A stretch of DNA of 63,768 bases, filler included, from Octopus bimaculoides (Eukaryota), in assembly GCF_001194135.2 (NCBI RefSeq). It is 4 parts of 4 records of this genome, joined end to end, with 100 filler letters (N's around TTAATTAATTAA, not from the genome) between each part and the next. Parts side by side here need not be neighbours in the genome. Positions count along the whole stretch, not along the records: positions 1 to 28,006 come from NC_068994.1; 3 more parts are not named here. The stretch is one strand, 5' to 3'. The translations under genes and the position numbers were made by a program. The notes beneath the pieces were generated by a model. The model worked only from the letters and a program-made list of their open reading frames with translations, searched no databases and was not told the origin of the DNA. Below, piece by piece: positions 12,122 through 24,594 of the stretch; positions within the stretch are counted from its first letter, which is position 1; every line of letters begins with the position of its first letter.

Positions 12122-13314
12122 CTCGGACATATACTCAGGCAGCACCCACTAAACAACAGTAGCAAAAATAAATATATAAATGCAGTCCTGAAAAGTGAAG
12201 TGAGCCACATTGTATGCATTGGCAGTAAATTCCTCAAGAAACACTCTCTTCCTGATGATCTCCTATACAGCCCCAAAACAGCAGGGCTCTCTTACTTCAG
12301 AGAAGATCCGGATGAAAAGCATTCAGCATACAGAAAAAAGACTGTGCATGTGTATGTTGCCCGGAAGCTTGAAGAAGACAGTAGAATTGACACGAAGCAC
12401 AGCCTCTCTTGGACACAAGACTACTACATCACATCACACTTTGAAGGTTATGCGTTTGCAATCCAGGAACGGGAGATTTCCACAAAGTATCTGGTGAACA
12501 AGAGAGACAGTGACGCTCTTGTAACCCCAAGGTGCAACCGTATGTGTAGGCTATGTCATGTTTCTGTGGAAGACATCACGCGTGTGATTAGCAACTGTCC
12601 TGAAAGGTCATGGTACTGCCTCCCTATGCGGCACGATGTTGTTGCTAAAACAATTAATGATGCCATCCGCAAATAAGACTGTCCTGAAATAAACTTAGAA
12701 AATCCCTCTATTATGGAATACATTCATAAACACCAACTCAAGGAATACTGGTGGAATATTCCCATCAAAACTTCTGTCAAATGTAAACATAACAGGCCAG
12801 ATATTGTTTGGGACAGCGGGACAAAGGTATGTACCATCATAGAGGTCAACTGCCCTGCAGATATAAATATCACTTTCAAAATCAAAGAAAAAGAGGATAT
12901 CTATGGACAACTGCTTCGAAACCTCCAGTTTTCATATCCAGACTATGAATTCATATCCAGACTATGAATTCATATCCAGACTATGAATTCATATTCATAC
13001 CAATACTAATTGGAGCACCAGGTTTTGTTAGTAAATGCTTAAAGAAGAATCTGAATAAACTGGGATTTTCAGAAAAAGAAACTGACCGGCTGATTCGTAC
13101 ATTACAAGTGCAATCTGTGAGTGGAACAGTAAGAATATGCAAGACTTTTTTCAAGTTCCAAATGTGAATTTGTATTAACTACATCCCAAAGATGGAGCCT
13201 TATATGTTTGTTGGAAACCGGCTCCGTTCTCGGTGGAAGATTTATAATAACTAAAAAATAGAAGAGACATACATACATGCATGCATACATACATGCATAC
13301 ATGCATACATACAT
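12122..13314 (+). mobile_element. (ACAT)n-associated RLE non-LTR retrotransposon, copy 2 (divergent subfamily)
   Basis: TSHFEGYAFAIQEREISTKYL...CRLCHVSVEDITRVISNC...RHDVVA...WWNIPIKTSVKCKHNRPDIV...IIEVNCPADINI...ILIGAPG; stop at 13167; triple 19-bp tandem at 12931-12987; tail (ACAT/GCAT)n at 13267-13314. Confidence 0.9.
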
Positions 13315-14704
13315 GCCAGTACTCATACCAACATTTGGGAAGCTTGATTGGACGCCAGATGAGATCCGAGCTGTTGATGTGAAAACCCGAAATATACTAA
13401 CAAGCACACAATTTCCACATAAACAGACTGCCTCTACTTAAAACGAAAACAAGGCGACAGAAGATTAACATCAATCCAAAATGCCATTGAATGGTGTATC
13501 ACATCTCTTCGGCAACATATTTTAATCACCAAGTGTTGAAGTGCATCCCTTGACTAAGTTTGCATACATAAGGCTGATAACATCACAAGACTTGGAAGGC
13601 AGCTCCTTGAGCAACATTCCTTGTCTGATAACCTAGAATACATGGCCAAAGAAGTCGTGCGACTCTACCGCAACGTATGATTAGATGAAAGGATGAGTCT
13701 ATATGAGCAGAAGATTATGCATGGATATGTTATTAGAAAGCTCCGAAATGATAGTAATATTGAACATCAAAGCAGTCCATCATGGACCATTAGCCGGATT
13801 TCTACCTCCCATTTTGAAGGGTATGCGTTTTCAATCCAAGAACAGGAAATATTAACCAAATATCTGATGCACAAAAGCAGTAAAATGTGACGACCGATGC
13901 AGACTGTGTGGGTTAACACCGTAGATATAGCCCACATCATAAGCAGTTGTCCGAAAATGTCATCACAGTATTATCTACCGATGAGATATAATGTTGTAGC
14001 TAGGACACTCTATAATGAAATCCGTCGGTAGGATAATCCTGAGGACAAAGAAATAAGATAATAAAAAGGAGTACTAGTTGAATGTCCCAGTGAAGACCTC
14101 AATAAAATGTAAGCACAACAGACTTGATATAATGATTTGGGATCGAGAAGAGAAACTGCGTACAGTTGTAGAAATTAGCCGTCCAGCGGATGTTAACATC
14201 AAACTGAAGATCAGTGAAAAAGAGAGCACTTATACTGAACTATTGAGAAATCTGCAGTTATTCTAAGCAGATTACAAGTTCAGGTTTATACTTTGTAATT
14301 ATTGGGGCCCTGGGATATGTAATACACTGCCTAAATACCAATCTTGAGAAATTAGGCTTCTCAAAACTAGAAAGAAGAAAGCAAATTCGAAGACTACAGA
14401 TCTAGTCCATCACTGGAACTGTAAAATTCTGGAAAACTTTCCAGAAGTTTATCATTTAAATATACATGAGCATGTCTAGATATGCAACTATATGCATCAG
14501 AATACATATATACATAAAGTAAAACATACAAATCTTCGCATATACATACATACATACAAACAAAAATATCCTGTTGTTGATGTTGAAATTCCAATGAAGG
14601 AACCTTGAATCGAGGTTAGAAACCGACTCTTTCTCTATTGGCAAGAAATAAAACTGAACAATGACATACATACATACATACATACATGTATACATGCATA
14701 CACA
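13315..14704 (+). mobile_element. (ACAT)n-associated RLE non-LTR retrotransposon, copy 3 (longest)
   Basis: PVLIPTFGKLDWTPDEIRAVDVKTR...TSHFEGYAFSIQEQEILTKYL...CRLC...HIISSCP...KCKHNRLDIMIWD...VVEISRPADVNI; 3' UTR as in copy 1; tail at 14664-14704. Confidence 0.9.
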
Positions 14705-14944
14705 TGAGCATGTCTAGACGTTCAACTATATGCATGAAAATACATGCATTAAACAAAACATGCAAATTTGCATATATACATACATACATACATACATACA
14801 TACATACATACATACATACATAAAAAGATACCCTGCTGAAGTTGAAATTTCAATGAAAGAGTCTTGGATCTAGATTAGAAACCAGTTCATTCTCTATTGG
14901 CAAAAGAATCTTGAAATAAAATAGAATAATGACGTATATACATT
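14702..14944 (+). mobile_element. (ACAT)n-associated RLE non-LTR retrotransposon, copy 4 (3' UTR only)
   Basis: ATGAGCATGTCTAGA...(ACAT)n...CCCTGCTGAAGTTGAAATT...TTAGAAACC...TTCTCTATTGGCAA...AATGAC, colinear with the UTRs of copies 1 and 3. Confidence 0.85.
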
Positions 14945-16004
14945 TCCAGCGATGATTGTTGTATACCTTGGTGGTGTGAATAAAGCTCGAGTAGCAAAAG
15001 TATACTTCAATAAACTTTGGAATACGTGAAAGTCAATCTTTTCTGTCTTTAATAAGATCATATTCCATAACGTTTTTACAGTGTCGGTGCTGATAGCAAC
15101 TTTTTTAATACTCGAAGAAATCTGTAACTTAGACATCAAAATGAGAACTATATTAACCGCTACCGATATCTTCCACGTCATCAGTGGTAACAGAGGTACG
15201 GAAGTAAAGGCATAAGGTCAATCTAAGTAATCATTAAGTACTTCATAGCATCGTTCAGATAACACCTACTGAACAGTTAAGTAAGAAATATTTGCATCAC
15301 ATCTTGCACACAGTAATGAAAATAATAACATTTTGAATGTAAAGTGAAAATTTCTTCATCGGGTACTCTGAGGATAAAGTTATTCCATAGAAACCGAAGG
15401 AAAACCTGATTAACCTATTAAAACTGAAACTTGGGAAGAAAGATTCATCGTATCAGCATTATACTGACTCTTTAATTTCTGAGTTCAAGTCCTGTTGAAG
15501 TCAACTTTGACTTTCTGCCTTCTGGGGTCAATAAAATACTTGTCCGTTGTACCATATCAGTGTGGAAGATATCATCCACATCTTCAACAGCTACACAAAA
15601 ATGTCTTCAAGGTAATGCCTTTCCATTCGATATGATATTGTTACCAAAACTATGTATAACACTAGCCTCAGAAAGTATTGTCCTGATGGTCGCACCAAAG
15701 ACACACCATAACCAGAATGTATCCACAACTTAAAAAAAAAGAAGGGATACTGGTGTAGTATTCCAATGAAAATAGTAATCCAGTACCAGCACAGCAGATC
15801 TGATAGTTTTCTATTGGACGTGAAACAAATATGCACTGTTGTAGAGATGACCTACCTAGAGTATGTGAATATCCCGACCAATGTTAAGAAAACGAGAATA
15901 TTTATGGTAAACAATGTGAAACTTACATCTCTTTTTCCAGACTAAAGATTCTCATTTCTACCGATTACCATTGATGCATACTGAAATGTCAGAGAATAAC
16001 GGTA

Positions 16005-16440
16005 CGACTAAAGGCATTTACGTCTAAGAGTAGTCATACCTGCGCTATTATACGAAAATGAAACGTAAGCTACTACGAAGAAAGAAGAACATCGATTAGC
16101 TACGGTACAAAGGACAATGGAAAGATCCAAACAAAGAAATATCATTGCGAGAGCATATCTAAAATGATGTAATTTAGGAATGAAGCAGGATGAACGGCGT
16201 AATCGCAAAATACCAAAAGCACAAGAGTCCGCTGTTGCAAAGTTGACGGACAACAGGTGGACCGATGCAGTTACCCAATGGTATCCAAGAGACCGGAAAA
16301 GGACCCTCGGAAGGCCTCTACGATAATAATTAAAATAATTTAGTCGAAGACGGAAAAGAATGGCGCAATCAAGAACTGGAAGTTCATTGTGACTAGCGGT
16401 GTATAACAACATCCGATAGTCTGGTCGACACAGGTGATAT
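16005..16440 (+). mobile_element. RTE-clade LINE, 3' fragment (different subfamily)
   Basis: VVIPALLYENET*ATTKKEEHRLATVQRTMERS...ISLREHI...VAKLTDNRWTDAVTQWYPRDRKRTLGRP. Confidence 0.8.
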
Positions 16441-17899
16441 AGCCAACTGGATATATAAGCAGCATATTTTTTGTTCAAGAAAGATCAAAGCAATCTGATT
16501 CCCATCCTCCAAAACCAATCCATTAAGGTTAGGGCGCAGATTTACCAACACTGCAAAGCTCCATTTGAGTCTTCTACAATCAGAATAACCACACGTTCAC
16601 ATATATGCACATGTATACACATATGTTCATGCATATGTACATAAAAAGTAACCCCCACACATTCGTGCAATCCTAAGATATATATACGTACATGAGTGAA
16701 GCTACATTCACACATACATCTACCTACATACACCCATTAACTCGCCCTATCTAGATTCAAACGAAGACGCTTAGTGAGTAGCAAAGTGAAGATTCGTAAA
16801 CTGTTTCAAAGATTTTCCACTTGAGTGTCTTGAAAATGAATATATACACGCAATTATATATGTGCATACATGTGTACATACACACGCACACGCACACACA
16901 CACACATACACACACACAACACACACATGTACATATATATATATATATATATATANNNNNNNNNNNNNNNNNNNNNNNNNNNNNNNNNNNNNNNNNNNNN
17001 NNNNNNNNNNNNNNNNNNNNNNNNNNNNNNNNNNNNNNNNNNNNNNNNNNNNNNNNNNNNNNNNNNNNNNNNNNNNNNNNNNNNNNNNNNNNNNNNNNNN
17101 NNNNNNNNNNNNNNNNNNNNNNNNNNNNNNNNNNNNNNNNNNNNNNNNNNNNNNNNNNNNNNNNNNNNNNNNNNNNNNNNNNNNNNNNNNNNNNNNNNNN
17201 NNNNNNNNNNNNNNNNNNNNNNNNNNNNNNNNNNNNNNNNNNNNNNNNNNNNNNNNNNNNNNNNNNNNNNNNNNNNNNNNNNNNNNNNNNNNNNNNNNNN
17301 NNNNNNNNNNNNNNNNNNNNNNNNNNNNNNNNNNNNNNNNNNNNNNNNNNNNNNNNNNNNNNNNNNNNNNNNNNNNNNNNNNNNNNNNNNNNNNNNNNNN
17401 NNNNNNNNNNNNNNNNNNNNNNNNNNNNNNNNNNNNNNNNNNNNNNNNNNNNNNNNNNNNNNNNNNNNNNNNNNNNNNNNNNNNNNNNNNNNNNNNNNNN
17501 NNNNNNNNNNNNNNNNNNNNNNNNNNNNNNNNNNNNNNNNNNNNNNNNNNNNNNNNNNNNNNNNNNNNNNNNNNNNNNNNNNNNNNNNNNNNNNNNNNNN
17601 NNNNNNNNNNNNNNNNNNNNNNNNNNNNNNNNNNNNNNNNNNNNNNNNNNNNNNNNNNNNNNNNNNNNNNNNNNNNNNNNNNNNNNNNNNNNNNNNNNNN
17701 NNNNNNNNNNNNNNNNNNNNNNNNNNNNNNNNNNNNNNNNNNNNNNNNNNNNNNNNNNNNNNNNNNNNNNNNNNNNNNNNNNNNNNNNNNNNNNNNNNNN
17801 NNNNNNNNNNNNNNNNNNNNNNNNNNNNNNNNNNNNNNNNNNNNNNNNNNNNNNNNNNNNNNNNNNNNNNNNNNNNNNNACATACATACATGCATACAT

Positions 17900-17952
<53 letters not shown>

Positions 17953-17969
17953 TAGATAGATAGATAGAC

Positions 17970-18025
<56 letters not shown>

Positions 18026-18275
18026 GAGCGCGGCCAGTGGTTAGGGAGTTGCACTTACGATCGCAAGCACGTGGTTCTGATAACCAGACGAGCGGTGCAT
18101 TGTGTACTTGAGCAAAGTTCTTCATTTCATGTTGCTTCAGTTCACTCAGCTGTAAAAGGGTAACACTGCGACGGCCCATTCATGAGGACTGTTGTCCTAC
18201 CCACCAAGCCAGCGAGGTAGTATCATTCGAAAGCTACAAAAATGCTTGGAAGCGCATTGCGACCAGCAGTGTATA
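18026..18275 (+). mobile_element. tRNA(Arg-ACG)-like SINE, family B, decayed
   Basis: CGGCCAGTGGTTAGG A-box-like head, CTTACGATC anticodon region, GTGTACTTGAGCAAAG...CAGTTCACTCAGCTGTA body shared with 56479-56782; follows (GACA)n(GATA)n. Confidence 0.75.
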
Positions 18276-18499
18276 ACCACATTCGATAATATGGTCGATA
18301 CAGTAATACAATGATATATAGGTGTATGTATATACTTGTACTCATGTATGTATGGATATATTTGCACACATGAGCGAGTGTTACAATTCTTTATCTATCT
18401 ATCTATCTATCTATATTTTTTTTTATACAATGTAGTTGTGTAAAACTGGAACAATGCGAGAAAGTATAAAGTAAGCTTCAAAAGGAAAAGAAAACAGAA

Positions 18500-18954
18500 C
18501 AAAGCTGCAGTTTTACTTTGTATTTCTATATTTCAAGTTGAAGTCTTCAGGACATTCGGAAAAGCGGGAGTTTGAAAAGTTTGTTGCCTAGATGTGTGTT
18601 GGGGAGGGGCAGGGGAGGAAGGAGAAAGTAAGCATGCGTAAACTGTTGTTGTCATAGCAACCAGTCTGCTTCGTGTAATTCCTTCCTTTTGGTAATGGCT
18701 AGTCTCAATTTGATTATAAGGAGGGCTTCCATAATTCTGAGATTGCCCCTGTTGCGTTGGGTTGCCTTGATGGAAATTTTGAAATTCCGAGTTTGGCACT
18801 TCTTGAGGTATTTCTTTATCGAAAAATCTATCTGCATATTCTCCTTTATTGGAATAAAGGAGCATATGCGACAGACACTTCAATAAAGAAACCCCTTAGG
18901 AAGTACCAAACCCGAAATTTCAAAATTTCCATCGAAGCAACCCAACGCAACAGG
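18500..18954 (-). mobile_element. Penelope-like element 3' end (GIY-YIG C-terminus) with inverted duplication
   Basis: Minus frame FSIKKYLKKCQTRNFKISIKATQRNRGNLRIMEALLIIKLRLAITKRKE; plus arm IKEHMRQ...SIKKPLRKYQTRNFKISIEATQRNR; arms 18748-18850 and 18853-18954 are inverted. Confidence 0.7.
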
Positions 18955-19116
18955 TTATAGCAATATAAACACACAACCTTCAACCCGTAATTAATTTGAT
19001 AAGTGCCAATGCACGAAACTCTCGGAACTTGAATCACGCTGTTACTTCTGCTAAATATTACTACACATACACACACACATACACAAATATATGTACATCT
19101 GCTTGCGCACAGACAT

Positions 19117-19190
<74 letters not shown>

Positions 19191-19683
19191 GCGTTGTGGG
19201 AGTACAGATGTACTTATGTATGAGTATCTATATTTGAATGTGGGCGCGCGTGTGTGTGCGTGCGTATATGGAGAGGGAGAAAGAGAAAGTGAGGGAGTGT
19301 ACAATCTACTACGTCTACAGCAGACCCACCTAAACAATACATGTGTTTATCCTGTGCATCATGCAGTAGGCTTGTCTTTCCCAGGTAGTTACACCTGTCC
19401 ATTATTGACAAAAGCTGCACATGATACACTCAAGTAAAATCCGGAAACAGCAACCGGAAATTTCACAGCAAGCAAAATTTCAAACGGTTTAAAAGTTGAG
19501 TTCATACACATGTTCCTGCCATGAGCTACCTCAGAGATACAGTCAACCAATAATTGATCGACTGAACATCATCGTTTTTGTTAAGCTTAAATGTCCATGC
19601 AACTGAAAATGTGTATTTTTTAAACGAGGGCCTTGTAATACATAATGCATCCATATTACATACATATTTAGATGCCTATATAT

Positions 19684-19737
<54 letters not shown>

Positions 19738-20082
19738 NNNNNNNNNNNNNNNNNNNNNNNNNNNNNNNNNNNNNNNNNNNNNNNNNNNNNNNNNNNNNNN
19801 NNNNNNNNNNNNNNNNNNNNNNNNNNNNNNNNNNNNNNNNNNNNNNNNNNNNNNNNNNNNNNNNNNNNNNNNNNNNNNNNNNNNNNNNNNNNNNNNNNNN
19901 NNNNNNNNNNNNNNNNNNNNNNNNNNNNNNNNNNNNNNNNNNNNNNNNNNNNNNNNNNNNNNNNNNNNNNNNNNNNNNNNNNNNNNNNNNNNNNNNNNNN
20001 NNNNNNNNNNNNNNNNNNNNNNNNNNNNNNNNNNNNNNNNNNNNNNNNNNNNNNNNNNNNNNTATATATATATTTATATATA

Positions 20083-21474
20083 CAATATCTGACAGAAGTA
20101 TGTACACCCCTAAAATTTTTCAGTATAATTGCCAATACTCTGATAATCTCGAAGGAAATCAAACGAAATTTATACTGAATAAAATATATTAAACATGCAA
20201 ATCTTATACAAATTTCAAAGATATGAACGAAATATTAATTTTCAATGTTACAAAATATGTACACCCTAAAGGAAATTTGCTATATTCAATATTTTATTCA
20301 CTTTTTTTTACTAAATGTAGTTATTGCTAATAATTTCAGTTCTAATATATTATTTCTCCTGACATTTTTGCACTGGTCATTGTTATTACATCTGCAGGAA
20401 TTCTGATTTGTGTACCATGGCGAAAATCTTCATTGTGATTAAAATAGCACCAAAAGGGGAAAAAATGTCTGAAGATTTGAAGAAAATTATTTTTAATTTG
20501 CGCAAGAATGGCTTAGGATAAACTAATTAACAAACGAATACATATTTGCGTAAACACAATTACCAAAGTAATCCAGAAGTACAAATCTACTGAACGGCTA
20601 AACAATAAACATTGTCCAAGTCGGCCTTCTATTTTAACTGCGCGTGATATTCGCCACATCCAACGTTGCATGATGGATAACAGGCGTCGTACCGCTTCAT
20701 CTTTGGCCAAAGAAGTATCTTCTGTTAGTAGAAAGAGTGTATCCGCCCAAGCAGTTCGCCGAAGTTTGAACCAGTGTGATCTTCATGGATGCATTCCTTG
20801 TAGGAAGCCTCTCCTCACTACCAGACATAGATCAAGTCGTCTTTCTTTTGCCGAAGCCTATGTGAGTAAAGGAAAGAAGTTTTGCAATAAAATTCTTTTT
20901 TCTGACGAGACTAGAATCAATTTATGTCAAATGGTATTAAACGAGTATGGCGACGATCAGGTGAAGATAATAACGACAAATTCACCGTGCCTACCATGAA
21001 ACACGGTGGCGAAAGTGTTATGCTTTGGAGATACATTAGTGTGGCTGGTGTGGGAAGAGCAACATATATTGAGAGAACAATGGATTCAAAGCTTTATTGT
21101 GACATATTGCAGAAAACGATGTTGAAAAACATCAAGGAACCAAGAAGACATTCCATTTTCCAACATGATAATGACCCTAAACACACTTCAAAGATGACGA
21201 CTAAGTTTTTATCAGATAAAAAGGTAAAAGTATTGCCTTGGCCTACCATGTCACCTGATTTAAACCTCAGTAGAACACCCGTGGAGTGTTTTGAAAAGGA
21301 AGGTTGAGGAGAAAAATCCCCGCAATGTAACACAGTTGAAAGACATCATTCAGGATGAATGTAGGTCGATTTCATCGGTTATATGCGAAATTTAGTCGAC
21401 TCTATGCCCAGGAGACTTAATGCAGTCATTGAAAGTAAGGGCAGTCACACCAAACATTGAGGATAGCAAATAAT
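20083..21474 (+). mobile_element. Tc1-family DNA transposon with IR/DR-type left end; right end lost in N gap
   Basis: TA at 20081-20082, then CAATATCTGACAGAAGTATGTACACCCC; inner direct repeat CAAAATATGTACACCCT at 20251-20267; encloses the transposase pseudogene. Confidence 0.9.
20444..21460 (+). pseudogene. Tc1 DD34E transposase pseudogene
   Basis: Paired-like HTH region, RKPLL, ILFSDET, KHGGESVMLW, FQHDNDPKHTS, WPTMSPDLN(L)IE, SMPRRLNAVIESKGSHTKH*; start codon apparently mutated, at least 2 frameshifts; 34 residues between D and E once one indel is repaired. Confidence 0.93.
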
Positions 21475-21810
21475 NNNNNNNNNNNNNNNNNNNNNNNNNN
21501 NNNNNNNNNNNNNNNNNNNNNNNNNNNNNNNNNNNNNNNNNNNNNNNNNNNNNNNNNNNNNNNNNNNNNNNNNNNNNNNNNNNNNNNNNNNNNNNNNNNN
21601 NNNNNNNNNNNNNNNNNNNNNNNNNNNNNNNNNNNNNNNNNNNNNNNNNNNNNNNNNNNNNNNNNNNNNNNNNNNNNNNNNNNNNNNNNNNNNNNNNNNN
21701 NNNNNNNNNNNNNNNNNNNNNNNNNNNNNNNNNNNNNNNNNNNNNNNNNNNNNNNNNNNNNNNNNNNNNNNNNNNNNNNNNNNNNNNNNNNNNNNNNNNN
21801 NNNNNNNNNN

Positions 21811-21844
<34 letters not shown>

Positions 21845-22492
21845 CAAACGGAAGATATGTGTGTGTGTACAGACCTTTCCAAATCCTCAGATTGACACTC
21901 AAACACTCTGAAATGTTCGTATTGGAGCTTCCAGCGCGAATGCCAAAAAGTTAATATGAGGAGACATAACTTCATTAGAAAAAACGACCGATAGATAGAG
22001 AGTAGGTAAGAGTGGGTAAAAGAAATAGGAAGATAAGTAATGCGAATGTATGGAAGAAAGAGGGTGGACGCGTAGAGAAAGAATACATGAAGCATAAAAT
22101 AGGGAGAACTAGTGTGGTGGGCGAAGAGTTATATAATTGCTGTTTATTTTAATTGGGTATCATTGAAAAGGCTTCGAAACGAAAATTTGAAGAAATGCCT
22201 ATAGCAGTTCAATGATTGAAACCTCGATCAAACGCCAATTTGAGCTGAAACAAGATAAAATATTTCTTACACAACGAACAGCTGATATTATAAGGGTAAG
22301 AGTGCTGTCGATATAGCTTGTTCTTTCTAAAATTGGCCAGGGTATCTTGAATAGGACGTATTTCGACAGATTCGTTAAGGATCCATTTTCCGAATAATTA
22401 TATGAATTATTCTCATCTTGAGGTAACTGTTATTGCGCCGCTGTAAGTCTTGTATACTGGGCTACAATCAGTTCATAATTTAACTATATAAA

Positions 22493-22636
22493 TCACTCCT
22501 TGGCTAAACTATTAAACCAGCAGTTTCTGGGTAGGATGTCTGTACAATAACATTGAGGAGCCTGCTCATTTTCATTGGCTACGAAGAGCTTTCTTGAATC
22601 ATGTTGGTCTGGTTTACCAACGAGGAAATTCTTCAT
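22493..22636 (-). CDS. Candidate exon of an unidentified gene
   Basis: Strong acceptor TTATTACCTTTTCTATTTTATTTTTAAG, then 47 open codons (MKNFLVGKPDQHDSRKLFVANENEQAPQCYCTDILPRNCWFNSLAKE*). No recognised homology. Confidence 0.2.
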   Translation of the reverse strand: MKNFLVGKPDQHDSRKLFVANENEQAPQCYCTDILPRNCWFNSLAKE

Positions 22637-22832
22637 CTTAAAAATAAAATAGAAAAGGTAATAAAGATCTTCAGAGTCCGTTCATAAAAAGAAAATCTTT
22701 TCAAAGTTGTTTCACTACTCGGTCTCTTTTTCTTCTCTGACATCCCATCTATCATAATAGAATATCATAATACTAACCAGCTCACCGATATATAGTGTTT
22801 CTCTGAAATACATTGCTATGCATAAACAGTTA

Positions 22833-22900
<68 letters not shown>

Positions 22901-23449
22901 ACCGTGTGCAAAGTGTACTATTCTTTCTTCGCACCCACACATAAACACCTCCTCTGCCTCTGTCTTTACCCCACCTCTCTCACTTGAGTATTTATTTCAT
23001 CGGCCTCTTTTTATTGTACTCTCTTCTCTCACTTTAACTCTCTTTCATTTCTCCCTCTACTATTTCCTTTGCTGCTTCTCTTTTGTTTTTTTTGTGTTTT
23101 TTTTTGTCTCCTGCTCTCCTCTTTATTCTTTCTCATACATCCATCTCTCCTTCTCTAACACTTTCATTCAGAGTTGTTAATGTTGTCTCATTAGCTAATG
23201 CTGCCACACAGAGGTCTTTTATCTAAATAATGTTAATTAACACTAATCCATTTGAACAATCTAAAATAAGCTAATTACTTTATCTCCCTTTCTCCTCCCT
23301 TCTATGCAGGAAATAGTCGCCCCACGTCAATACATTCTACCTAATACACCTCCAATTACTAACCCATTTAGACACCATATTGATAATTCTTTAAATATCT
23401 GACGTTACAAATTTTGGATAATTACAGACAATAATGAGCTGTTGACTGG

Positions 23450-23850
23450 ACAGGATACTCTGTAAAGATGTATACAGAACAGGGAACGTACTGCGCGCTG
23501 TTGTTTCGACGTCAGGCACAATTTGTAGATGTGCTTAGGTCAGAGTGCGTAGATGTAGATAGAACAGACACATTGAACAGAGGTTCGCAGGACATAGTGT
23601 ATACATGTTAATAGAACAGGATGTGTAGATGAAAACAGGACATTGTGTGTCGATTTTGACAGGATACAATATGTAGATGTAGACAGAAGAGACACAATGT
23701 GTAAATTGTAATAGGTACAGAATGTAGATGTAAACCGTCGAGACAGTTTGTATATGGTGACAGTCACAGTGTGCAGATGTCGAGACAGGCCCAGTTTGTA
23801 GATGGTGACAGACACGCTGTATAGATGTCGATGAGACGCTGTGTAAATTC
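23450..23850. repeat. Degenerate minisatellite-like array
   Basis: Recurrent GTAGATGT/GACAG/GAGAC motifs at irregular spacing of about 20-30 nt. Confidence 0.55.
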
Positions 23851-24594
23851 GAGTTTTTTAAGGTGTGGCACATACTCCCTGATAGAGCGTAAGCAATATT
23901 TTGTTGGGGCGTGAGTTATTTCAGAATGGGGCGTAACAAGTGAAGACAACCTCCAATAATTCTTTCATTAAAACTTCTTTTGGAAATATATATGTTGTAT
24001 AGTAACTTTGTCGTTCATGGCATGAAACGTTGTGACATGCCAGTAGATGGTGTTTTAACCATTTAGCATATATAGTCATAGTCGGTGATATGTCTTGCAG
24101 CGGGCTTTGTTTGGTATGCGGCATTGATAAGTCAAAACAATGACGAAACATTGATGTCTGTCGCTCCGAGAAGGGACTTGATGTGAGTTGTCTCGCTTGA
24201 CTGTGACATACTTTCAGTTTTTTTTTCTTTTTTTTACACAAAGCGCATAGAGAATATATTCTCTTACGCCTAATACTGCAGCCGGCCCATGAACTAACAA
24301 CACACATACCTTATGTATGTGTGTCCGATTTTGTTTATATACCTCGAGCTACTTCTAATTTAAATTTGAATACAGACAGACAGACAGACAGACAGACGGA
24401 CGGACGGACGGACGGACGGACGGACGGACGGACGGACGGATGGATGGATTAAAGGAAAAGGAAAGCAAAACCAAGGCAGGACGAGTATCTCAGGTCATTT
24501 AGAATATTCAATTTGAGTAATGTGAGATATCGTTNNNNNNNNNNNNNNNNNNNNNNNNNNNNNNNNNNNNTATATATATATATATATAAAACGA

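Noticed and set aside
12931-12987. Three 19-bp direct repeats (and the 25-bp duplication at 2471-2520) as a CRISPR-like or regulatory array
   Set aside because: Spacer-less tandem duplications inside LINE coding sequence that cause frameshifts.
16757-18179. Longest entries in the ORF track (up to 441 aa) and similar poly-X ORFs at 19.6, 21.4, 32.1, 33.2, 35, 55.3 and 56.8 kb
   Set aside because: They are translations of N gaps plus flanking microsatellites.
23921-24307. 128-aa minus ORF with Cys/His spacing like a piggyBac C-terminal domain
   Set aside because: Cys spacing is incomplete, and there are no DDD core, TIRs or TTAA TSD.
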